This document shows positions 36,410-42,854 of a DNA stretch of 42,854 nt, in pieces. The position numbers and the translations under genes were made by a program. The notes under the pieces were generated by a model. The model ran no database searches, was not told the DNA's origin, and worked only from the letters and a program-made list of their open reading frames with translations. The first letter of the stretch is position 1, and each line of letters begins with the position of its first letter. The DNA comes from Clostridia bacterium (lineage in GTDB: Bacteria > Bacillota > Sulfobacillia > SLMV01): contig PWSR01000121.1 in NCBI GenBank assembly GCA_003563985.1, forward strand, positions 1-42,854. The letters run 5' to 3'.

Positions 36410-37870
36410 TCATTCTTCCGGGGAATCCTCTTCGTCTTCCATCACTTCGGAGAGGTCCTCTCCGGACTCCTCCGCGGCAGCCTGCGCCTCGGCCTCCGCG
36501 CGTTCTCGCGCCTCCTGGCGTCGACGTTCGCGATGAGCTTCCAGCCCCTCGCGGGCCTCAGTGTACTCGGAATCGGTCCAACCCGCCAAGAGCCGGCGGG
36601 TCTTCTGGATGCGGAGATCGGAGCGGAGGCGGCGACCGTATTCCGTGGTCATGGCGAGCTGGCGGAGCATCCCGGCGTCCAGCCCCATCCCCTCGGCGCG
36701 CTTCTCCAACTCCCCTTCGAACTCCTCCTCGGTGACCTCGATATCCTCTTGCTTGGCCACCGCATCCAACACGAGGCTCTCCTTGAGATCCGGCCCGGCC
36801 TGCTCGAGCAACGCTTCCCGCGCCTCCTCTTCCGAGGCGAACCCCCGGGCCATGAGATATTGGTCGAACTCCATGTCCCGGCCCTCCGCTTCGCTGCGCA
36901 TCTCCTCGATACGGCGATCCGCCAGGTCCGCGATCATGGGATCGGGCACCTCGAAATCGGTCCCCGCGACCACGGCGGAGACGACTTCCTGCTCGAAGGC
37001 CTCCAGCGCCGCCGACATCCTGGCATCCTTGAGGTACTCCTCCAGTTCCTCCCTGAGTTCCTCCAGGCTCTCCACCTCGGAAACCTCCTGGGCGAACTCG
37101 TCGTCCAACTCGGGGAGGACCTTGTTCTTGAGTTCCTTTACCTCGACTTCGAAGGTAACTTCCCGGCCCGCCAGGTCCTCGCTGGGCGCGTCCGCGGGAA
37201 TCTCGATCTCGATTTCCCGCGTCTCTCCCGCCTTTGCCCCGAGAAGGCCGTCTTCAAACCCGGGCAGGTACTGGCCGGAGCCGATGTCCAACATCTCCTC
37301 TTCCGCCGTCAATTCCTCCCGAGGCGCACCGTCGAGATAACCCTGGAAGCCGACCACGGCCAACATACCCGGGGCGACCTCGGCCTCCTCGTCCTCGACG
37401 ACCTCTGCGGTGGCGCGGCGCTCGCGCAGGTCCTCGAGGGCTTCGTCGACATCCTCGGAGGTGATCTCCGGTAAATCCAATTCTATCCCGAGGTCCTTGT
37501 ACTCCCCGAGTTCTACCTCGGGCATGACCTCGACGGTAGCGGTGAATACGAAACCCTCATCGGGACCCCCGTCTTCGAAATCAACTTCCGGTGGAGCAAC
37601 GGGGTTCAGTTCGAGATCCGTGATAGCCTCCCCGTAGGCCTCCGGGACGAGTTTCTCCAGCGCCTCCTCCCATATGGGTTCGACGCCGAACCGGTTCTCA
37701 AAGATCTTCCGGGGCACGCGCCCCTTTCTGAATCCGGGGATGGTCAGCTCGCTTCGAATCTCCGCAAAGGCCCGATTCATGTACTCCTCGACCTCTTCGG
37801 GCGCCACTTCTATGCGGACGACCCGTGTGTTTTCCCGATCCTCAACTGTCTCCACCGTTGCCTTAACCAC
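36410..37870 (-). CDS. tig: trigger factor (ribosome-associated PPIase chaperone)
   Basis: GTG 37870 has an AAAGGGGA Shine-Dalgarno 6 nt upstream and gives VKATVETVEDRENTRVVRIEV. The ribosome-binding signature is IPGFRKGRVPRKIFENRFG, and an FKBP-type middle domain is present. A ~50-aa charged/acidic C-terminal extension follows. Confidence 0.9.
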   Translation of the reverse strand: MVKATVETVEDRENTRVVRIEVAPEEVEEYMNRAFAEIRSELTIPGFRKGRVPRKIFENRFGVEPIWEEALEKLVPEAYGEAITDLELNPVAPPEVDFEDGGPDEGFVFTATVEVMPEVELGEYKDLGIELDLPEITSEDVDEALEDLRERRATAEVVEDEEAEVAPGMLAVVGFQGYLDGAPREELTAEEEMLDIGSGQYLPGFEDGLLGAKAGETREIEIEIPADAPSEDLAGREVTFEVEVKELKNKVLPELDDEFAQEVSEVESLEELREELEEYLKDARMSAALEAFEQEVVSAVVAGTDFEVPDPMIADLADRRIEEMRSEAEGRDMEFDQYLMARGFASEEEAREALLEQAGPDLKESLVLDAVAKQEDIEVTEEEFEGELEKRAEGMGLDAGMLRQLAMTTEYGRRLRSDLRIQKTRRLLAGWTDSEYTEAREGLEAHRERRRQEARERAEAEAQAAAEESGEDLSEVMEDEEDSPEE

Positions 37871-38061
37871 AGATTTTCCCCTTTCTTTCCCCACCGCCCC
37901 TCTGGGGCGGAGAGCCCGCACTCGACCGGACTCTGACGATAGTACTTCCACGCAGGGTTCCCGTAGACCCCTCTACCGGATGTATCCGATTCTAGCTGGC
38001 CAACAGGGCGATGGGCAGGGACTCAAACAACGCCCGCTGCCCACCCGCCCTTTGTCCGGTG

Positions 38062-38143
38062 TGCGAGGGAAGGGATTTGAACCCTTACGCCCGGGGGCAC
38101 GGGATCCTAAATCCCGCGCGTCTGCCAGTTCCGCCACCCTCGC
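38062..38143 (-). tRNA. tRNA-Leu (anticodon TAG), type II with long variable arm; CCA not encoded
   Basis: Minus strand reads GCGAGGG-TG-GCGG-AACTGGCAGA-CGC-G-CGGGA-TT[TAG]GA-TCCCG-TGCCCCCGGGCGT-AAGGG-TTCAAAT-CCCTT-CCCTCGC-A. The 7-bp acceptor stem, anticodon stem, T-arm with TTCAAAT loop and 13-nt variable arm were all checked by hand. Confidence 0.85.
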
Positions 38144-38538
38144 CCGCGCGATGCAAACCTAAATATACCATAACCCAGCCGGGGTTTGCGAAGGGTGTGG
38201 GGCAAGAAAAACTCCCTATAAATCATGGATGCCGATCTACCCCGAATCACCGGCCCGACCCCTCGATCCCGACGCAGTCGGCGGCATACGCACAGGACGC
38301 TCCGGTCCGCGAATCTCGAGATGATCCGCCATTCCTCCGGCACTCGTTATCCGCCTCATAAGCCGAACCCCCGAATCCATCTTCCCGTCGATCCAGGGTA
38401 AATGCGCGGCGCGCGATCCCAATTCCGCTACCACCCAATCATCCCGGGATCGTGTACACTCGGAGTGGAAGACCTGCTCCGCTCGCATCATCTCTGTATT
38501 CCATCGCGCGCAGCGAGCGGGCGAAAGGATTGAGAACA

Positions 38539-39516
38539 TTGGAGAACTACCTGGTCACCGGAGCCTCCGGGTTCCTCGGAGCCAACGTGGTGCTGGAGAT
38601 CCTGGACCGTGGCGATCACGTCGATGCCTGCGACTTCATCGGACCCGTCGATGACCTCGCGGCGGATGCCCATCGTGCACCCGGAACGGTGGAGTGGATC
38701 CGCTTGGATGTCCGTTCCCGGGGGGATTGGCGAGACCTGCCCGACAGGGATTATCGCGCCGTCATCCACGCCGCGGCGGTCACCCCGGGGCGCGATGAGA
38801 GCGATCCCCTCCGCACCGCCGATATCAACCTCATGGGCGCGCTGCGCGGAATGGAGTGGGCCGCCGAACGATGCGTCCGCCGCTTCGTCTTCGTGAGCTC
38901 TTCGGCGGTATATCGTGGTGGCCATTTCTCCGAACCCATGACCGAAGAGGCCGAAGTATCGCCCCCCTTCAGCTACGGGATCCTAAAGCGGGCGGCGGAG
39001 GTACTGCAGGCAACGTATCGCGAGCATCGGGGCCTGGACGGCTGCTCGGTGCGGCTCCCCTCCCTGTACGGTCCCTGGGAACGCCCGACGGGCAGTCGAC
39101 AGAACATGTCCCTCCCCTACCATCTCGCCCGGGCGGCCGTGGCCGGTCACGCCCTCCACGTATCGGATGTCCGAAACTCCCGCGATTGGCTGTACGTGCG
39201 CGATGCCGCGCGGGCTCTCCTCCACGCCGCGACGCTGGACGGGGGTCCCGACCTATTCAATCTCTCCACGGGGCATCTCACCGACCTGCACCAAATGCTG
39301 GCCGCCCTCGACGAGATGGTCCCGGAACATCGGGTATGCCTGGTGGCGGATCCCGGGGAAGCGGACCTGGTATTACCCGAAATACAGGAAGAGCAACCCA
39401 TGAACCCAGGGCTGTTGGCGGATAGCGGATTCAACGCAGATACGACATTCGAAGGGGGAATGGGTGCGTACTTATCCTGGCTGGGGTCCCACCCACGAGA
39501 GGCGAGGAGCGAGTAA
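38539..39516 (+). CDS. NAD-dependent epimerase/dehydratase-family (extended SDR) protein
   Basis: It has a Rossmann motif (YLVTGASGFLGANV) and YGILK (YxxxK). I prefer TTG 38539 (GAAAGGA Shine-Dalgarno about 9 nt upstream), which places the GxxGxxG motif near the N-terminus. The track start is GTG 38452. Confidence 0.7.
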   Translation: MENYLVTGASGFLGANVVLEILDRGDHVDACDFIGPVDDLAADAHRAPGTVEWIRLDVRSRGDWRDLPDRDYRAVIHAAAVTPGRDESDPLRTADINLMGALRGMEWAAERCVRRFVFVSSSAVYRGGHFSEPMTEEAEVSPPFSYGILKRAAEVLQATYREHRGLDGCSVRLPSLYGPWERPTGSRQNMSLPYHLARAAVAGHALHVSDVRNSRDWLYVRDAARALLHAATLDGGPDLFNLSTGHLTDLHQMLAALDEMVPEHRVCLVADPGEADLVLPEIQEEQPMNPGLLADSGFNADTTFEGGMGAYLSWLGSHPREARSE

Positions 39517-39608
39517 TGTAGAACTGCAAGGGAGCCCGCCCGGGTGGATTCGGGAGATCCGTCGAAACGGCAGCCCCGCCCGGGGCGAAGTCCCGGCGGT
39601 GCCCCGTC

Positions 39609-40037
39609 TCAGCCCCGGATGAGGAACGCGGACAGGCCCAGCCCCATCATCACCCCGAAAACCGCCAGAATCCCGGTGGTAATGGAAACGCTGAGAACGC
39701 GACGGGCTGCGGTAACCACGATCACATCCATCAGCCCGGTGCCCAACGCCGACCAGAATAGGATGAGCAAACCGCCGTATGCCAGCAACGGACCCAGGGC
39801 CACGAATGCGAGGGTGATAACCCGCCCGGCACCCTCCATCCGCGCAGTCAGAAGTGCACCGAGGATGCCCGCGAGGACGTAGAATACCCGGAGAAATACC
39901 ACCGTCACAGGAATGGGAGCGTACCGCGCGAACTCCGGGGACGTGGCCACGAGCAAGAAAGTCATAGCTGCAAACACCGCGGTGATGGCCAATCCCCTGT
40001 TTACGGGTCCGATTCGATCGATGATACTTCGGCGCAT
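39609..40037 (-). CDS. hypothetical polytopic membrane protein (4-5 TM helices)
   Basis: 142 aa and almost entirely hydrophobic helices (LAITAVFAAMTFLLVA, VVFLRVFYVLAGILGALL, ITLAFVALGPLLAYGGLLILFW, GILAVFGVMMGLGLSAFLI). I recognise no family. It starts 15 nt after the upstream gene's stop. Confidence 0.5.
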   Translation of the reverse strand: MRRSIIDRIGPVNRGLAITAVFAAMTFLLVATSPEFARYAPIPVTVVFLRVFYVLAGILGALLTARMEGAGRVITLAFVALGPLLAYGGLLILFWSALGTGLMDVIVVTAARRVLSVSITTGILAVFGVMMGLGLSAFLIRG

Positions 40038-40051
40038 CCTCGAGATCCTCC

Positions 40052-40564
40052 TCAGCGGGGTTGGAGCTGCGGTTGCCTATTGATACCGATGGCCTGTCGG
40101 CTGACCGGGTGTACGATGCGCAGGTGAACGCGGAGGGACCAATCCTCCGGATCCAAGGGGGCCCGGGGATCGGGTAGCGTGTGCGGGTTCAGGGGAGAGA
40201 GCAGATCCCGGGATAACTGGACTTCGCCGCCGGCGTCCACCCGCAGGCCGTCCGGGTGCCACTCGTCGCTGGCCAACAGTTCGTTTCGATATGCCAGGGA
40301 TAGGCGAACGAATTCGATTTCGGCGGGGATCCGTCCGGAGTTCACGATCCTGGCCCCCACGGCGAATTGCTCCGGCGCGCCTCCTCGATCGAATCGGGAA
40401 AACTCCACTTCGAAGGCGCGGACGGCCCGGGTGGACTGCAGTGCCCTAGAATGGGTCGCAGCGATCAAAAAGCCCGACGCCACAATGATTGCGACGAGCA
40501 CGAATCCAACGGCAACTCGAAGACCCCTCAATGAAGTCCCTCCCTCTTCGACGCGTACACCCAT
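40052..40564 (-). CDS. hypothetical single-pass membrane protein with beta-rich ectodomain (LEA_2/NDR1-like pattern, tentative)
   Basis: 170 aa with one TM helix (VAVGFVLVAIIVASGFLIAA). It is followed by alternating beta-strand-like segments: FEVEFSRFD..., FAVGARIVNSGRIPAEIEFVRLSLAYRNELL and LRVDAGGEVQLSRDL. The family call is weak. Confidence 0.45.
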   Translation of the reverse strand: MGVRVEEGGTSLRGLRVAVGFVLVAIIVASGFLIAATHSRALQSTRAVRAFEVEFSRFDRGGAPEQFAVGARIVNSGRIPAEIEFVRLSLAYRNELLASDEWHPDGLRVDAGGEVQLSRDLLSPLNPHTLPDPRAPLDPEDWSLRVHLRIVHPVSRQAIGINRQPQLQPR

Positions 40565-40628
40565 GGTACCATCCGAAATCGGACCTGTTTAGTACCCCGT
40601 GCGTCGGGGTGGGGTTTCTGCAATACAT

Positions 40629-40662
40629 CAGGTCCTCCCGCATCGGCTCGCGGGAGGACCTG
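40629..40662 (-). terminator. strong hairpin after the M14-family gene
   Basis: CAGGTCCTCCCGC-atcggctc-GCGGGAGGACCTG forms a perfect 13-bp stem, 43 nt downstream of the stop at 40705. Only a weak T-rich tail (ATGTATTG) follows on the minus strand. Confidence 0.5.
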
Positions 40663-40704
40663 TGAGGGGGATGTAACTTCGATGGATTCATTTCGGCGAA
40701 CTGA

Positions 40705-41652
40705 TTAGCTGGCATCTCCGATGACGTAGGTCATATCGCCGGCATTCAGTACCATCAACTGGTTCCGGATCAGAAGCAGCGCGGTCCGATCGTACGGTGC
40801 CTCGAAGCGCTCCAGCTCCTCAAAGGTTGCGGGGTGAACGAGTCTGCCGAGCAACGTTCCACCGTCCACCACCGTACCGATGGCCTCTTCGCGCAACACG
40901 GGCAGCAGGATTCCGCCCATAGAGGGCGTGATGACGCCGAGGCCTTCCAGGTAAGCGGAGGCCTCAACCTTGTTTGGCGGGGCCGGAGTCGAAACGGTAC
41001 CCGCCAGCGTCAATACGCGATGTAAACCGTCGGCGATGTGCTCGGCCCATTCCTCTTCGACACCGCTCCTACCACCCATCTCCCAGGCGGTGATTCGCGC
41101 ACCCTGGGAGGCAGCGTAGGCAGTCAACGAGGTGGGCGGACCCTCCGTGGGCGGCCGCTTCACGATAAAAGGTGCGTCGGCCGCCAGGGCCAGGTCGTCG
41201 TCACCGGGAAAACTGAATGCAAAGGAATTCACGCACCAGCTCCCGCCACCGTGGAGATCGACCGCCACGTCCACATCTTCGCCCAAGCATCGTTCGACGA
41301 TGGTGGCCGCCAGTCGCTCGCTGTGCGTGCCCTCCGGCTTGCCGGGGAATACGCGGTTCAGATCCAGGGAATCCAGGTGGGCGCCGCGATCGTTGCCAGC
41401 CATGGCGATGGGATTGGTGACCGGTACGACGCGGATGCGGCCCGTCAAATCCTCCTCCGGAATCCGATCCAGGAGCTTGCGAATGGCCCACGCACCCCAA
41501 GGCCCCTCGTCACCGTGGGTGCCGGCGGTAATTACAACCAGGGGCCCCTCCTCACCAATCTCACCGACGGAGATGCTGGTGTTGCCCGCCGCTGTGGCAC
41601 CGATGGAGATCTCTTCCCATTTCATGACGTCGGATAGACTTCTCTTCTCCAA
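40705..41652 (-). CDS. succinylglutamate desuccinylase/aspartoacylase-family (M14 AstE/AspA) zinc hydrolase
   Basis: 315 aa. TTG start has an AAGGAGGA Shine-Dalgarno 5 nt upstream. The zinc-ligand contexts are AGTHGDEGPWG and VAVDLHGGG, and LNRVFPG is typical of the family. Confidence 0.75.
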   Translation of the reverse strand: MEKRSLSDVMKWEEISIGATAAGNTSISVGEIGEEGPLVVITAGTHGDEGPWGAWAIRKLLDRIPEEDLTGRIRVVPVTNPIAMAGNDRGAHLDSLDLNRVFPGKPEGTHSERLAATIVERCLGEDVDVAVDLHGGGSWCVNSFAFSFPGDDDLALAADAPFIVKRPPTEGPPTSLTAYAASQGARITAWEMGGRSGVEEEWAEHIADGLHRVLTLAGTVSTPAPPNKVEASAYLEGLGVITPSMGGILLPVLREEAIGTVVDGGTLLGRLVHPATFEELERFEAPYDRTALLLIRNQLMVLNAGDMTYVIGDAS

Positions 41653-41694
41653 GGATATCCTCCTTAACGTAACGCTACACGGTTCCCGGGTATG

Positions 41695-42519
41695 CTAGGA
41701 TTCTTTTCCCGTCACCCAGTCGTAGCGGGGGTCGTCGTCGATGATCTTGTGACCGGCGCGAGTCCCGATGCCGGCGGCCCCGTCGACCTCCCACACCGCT
41801 CCGCAGACGTAGCTGGAATACTCGGAGGCCAGGAACATGGTGACCCAGGCCACCTCTTCGGGTTCCCCGGCGCGGGCCAGTGGCAGCGTCGGGATGCGCT
41901 TGCCGAGCCCTTCCTCCATCCTCGGGGGCAACGGCTTCGGCTGGGTATCGATGAGCCCGGGGCTCACGGTGTTGACCAGGATGTCGTAGGGGGCCAGTTC
42001 GATGGCCGCGACGCGGGTGAAACTCTCCACCGCGGCGCGACTGGAAGCGTACGCGGCGGCGCCCGCGGAACCGCGCTTCGACACACCCGAGGAGAAGTTC
42101 ACGATGCGACCGTTCTCGGTCCCCCCCTCGATCATGGCCCGACCGGCGGCCTGCGTCATAAGGAAAGTGCCCCGGCAGTTCACCGCGTAGACGGTGTCCC
42201 ATACCTCGACGCGTTCTTCGAGGAGGGAAGCGTGGGGTGCGACGGCGGCGTTGTTAACGCAGACGTCTAGTCGTCCGAACGCCTCGACGCACTTGTCGAC
42301 GATGGACTTCGCACCCTCGGGGTTGCTGATGTCCGCCACGATGGAAGCAACGCGCTCCTCGAAGGGCTCGCAGGTCTCCGCGAGCCCCTCGGCGTCCCGG
42401 TCCGCGGCCAGCACCATCGCGCCGGCGTCGTGAAAGGTCTTGACCATGGTCCGACCGATTCCCCGCGCCGCACCCGTCGTGATTACCGCTTTTCCTGTAA
42501 AGTCAAATTGCAAGGCCAT
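41695..42519 (-). CDS. SDR-family oxidoreductase (copy A of a tandem pair), with YxxxR in place of YxxxK
   Basis: It has TTGAARGIG and NNAAV. The catalytic region AAAYASSRAAVESF has Arg (codon 42037-42039) where SDRs normally have Lys. The start is ATG 42519 or TTG 42513, and the latter is better spaced from GGAGGA. A ~25-aa C-terminal extension (HKIIDDDPRYDWVTGKES) is present. Confidence 0.85.
   Translation of the reverse strand: MALQFDFTGKAVITTGAARGIGRTMVKTFHDAGAMVLAADRDAEGLAETCEPFEERVASIVADISNPEGAKSIVDKCVEAFGRLDVCVNNAAVAPHASLLEERVEVWDTVYAVNCRGTFLMTQAAGRAMIEGGTENGRIVNFSSGVSKRGSAGAAAYASSRAAVESFTRVAAIELAPYDILVNTVSPGLIDTQPKPLPPRMEEGLGKRIPTLPLARAGEPEEVAWVTMFLASEYSSYVCGAVWEVDGAAGIGTRAGHKIIDDDPRYDWVTGKES
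41708..41967. repeat. direct repeat, copy A (3' part of SDR gene)
   Basis: Hand alignment to 42595..42854 at an offset of 887 bp gives 256 of 260 identical bases. The mismatches are at 41731, 41761, 41842 and 41886, and all are synonymous. Confidence 0.9.
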
Positions 42520-42575
42520 TCCTCCATTCGTAGTATCGCCATATGTTCGCAAAATCCGATCGTCTCCAGTCGTTC

Positions 42576-42854
42576 TCAGCCCTCGGTTTCGTTACCCGTC
42601 ACCCAGTCGTAGCGGGGATCGTCGTCGATGATCTTGTGACCGGCGCGGGTCCCGATGCCGGCGGCCCCGTCGACCTCCCACACCGCTCCGCAGACGTAGC
42701 TGGAATACTCGGAGGCCAGGAACATGGTCACCCAGGCCACCTCTTCGGGTTCCCCGGCGCGGGCCAGTGGCAACGTCGGGATGCGCTTGCCGAGCCCTTC
42801 CTCCATCCTCGGGGGCAACGGCTTCGGCTGGGTATCGATGAGCCCGGGGCTCAC
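42576..42854 (-). CDS. SDR-family oxidoreductase (copy B), C-terminal 92 codons only; gene runs off the right edge
   Basis: The translated C-terminus is identical to copy A over 86 residues (SPGLIDTQPKPLPP...DPRYDWVTG). It then diverges, ending NETEG where copy A ends KES. Confidence 0.8.
   Translation of the reverse strand: MSPGLIDTQPKPLPPRMEEGLGKRIPTLPLARAGEPEEVAWVTMFLASEYSSYVCGAVWEVDGAAGIGTRAGHKIIDDDPRYDWVTGNETEG
42595..42854. repeat. direct repeat, copy B (3' part of SDR paralogue; truncated by window end)
   Basis: See copy A. The mismatches are at 42618, 42648, 42729 and 42773. Confidence 0.9.

Noticed and set aside
34641-37474. 356-aa and 372-aa plus-strand ORFs antisense to clpX and tig. 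Similar antisense ORFs occur over mreB (9068..9952), valS (13812..14909), the acylase (31282..32166) and CocE (28620..29405).
   Set aside because: All lie opposite genes with unmistakable family motifs and have skewed shadow-frame composition.
37871-38538. tRNA-Leu as an integration hotspot; I looked for an integrase, a duplicated tRNA 3' end (att) or an island boundary.
   Set aside because: No integrase or recombinase ORF is present, and I saw no second copy of the tRNA 3' segment in the window. The 3' side of the tRNA runs straight into the housekeeping tig-clpP-clpX cluster.
38237-38539. 100-aa minus-strand ORF and neighbouring 63-116-aa ORFs in the gap upstream of the tRNA.
   Set aside because: There is no Shine-Dalgarno, the frames overlap one another, the composition is odd and no motif is visible. 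I treat this region as non-coding.
1-42854. I searched by eye for CRISPR arrays, rRNA genes, transposases, IS inverted repeats, toxin-antitoxin pairs and known defence-system genes.
   Set aside because: No spaced short direct repeats, transposase/integrase-like ORFs, or recognisable defence or TA modules were seen. The only sizeable DNA repeat is the tandem SDR duplication.

Overview
No homology search was possible, so all calls rest on motif recognition, synteny and reading the DNA. This is a high-GC bacterial chromosomal segment, roughly two-thirds G+C by eye (not computed). Gene order is typical of Bacillota, possibly a Symbiobacterium- or Limnochordia-like high-GC Firmicute, though that guess is low confidence.

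Left third, 1-15.7 kb, minus strand: a conserved cell-shape and division block. In transcription order it reads valS with a T-box leader, a SPOR protein, DUF4321, maf, radC, mreBCD, PBP2, minD, minE, rodA, the TIGR03960/TIGR03936 radical-SAM pair, and the first codons of an RNase G/E-like gene.

Middle, 15.8-28.5 kb: accessory-looking content.
- An Isf-type iron-sulfur flavoprotein and a membrane-anchored reductive-dehalogenase-like Fe-S protein, divergent from rubrerythrin.
- A compact cheW-cheA-cheY-cheB-cheR-cheX operon with no receptor gene and a CheB that lacks its receiver domain.
- An orphan 506-aa protein with several HTH-like segments.
- A divergent pair of secreted or membrane-anchored proteins built from tandem FMN-binding (flavinylation) domains, five in one and three in the other. 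I consider this the most interesting locus.

Right part, 28.7-42.9 kb:
- A cytoplasmic hydrolase operon (CocE/NonD hydrolase, penicillin-acylase-family Ntn hydrolase, cupin, SDR).
- The tRNA-Leu, tig, clpP, clpX housekeeping cluster.
- An epimerase and two uncharacterised membrane proteins.
- An M14 AstE/AspA-family enzyme.
- A tandemly duplicated SDR gene cut by the window edge.

No rRNA, CRISPR array, transposase or integrase was seen. Many long ORFs in the six-frame track are GC-driven shadow frames and were rejected.
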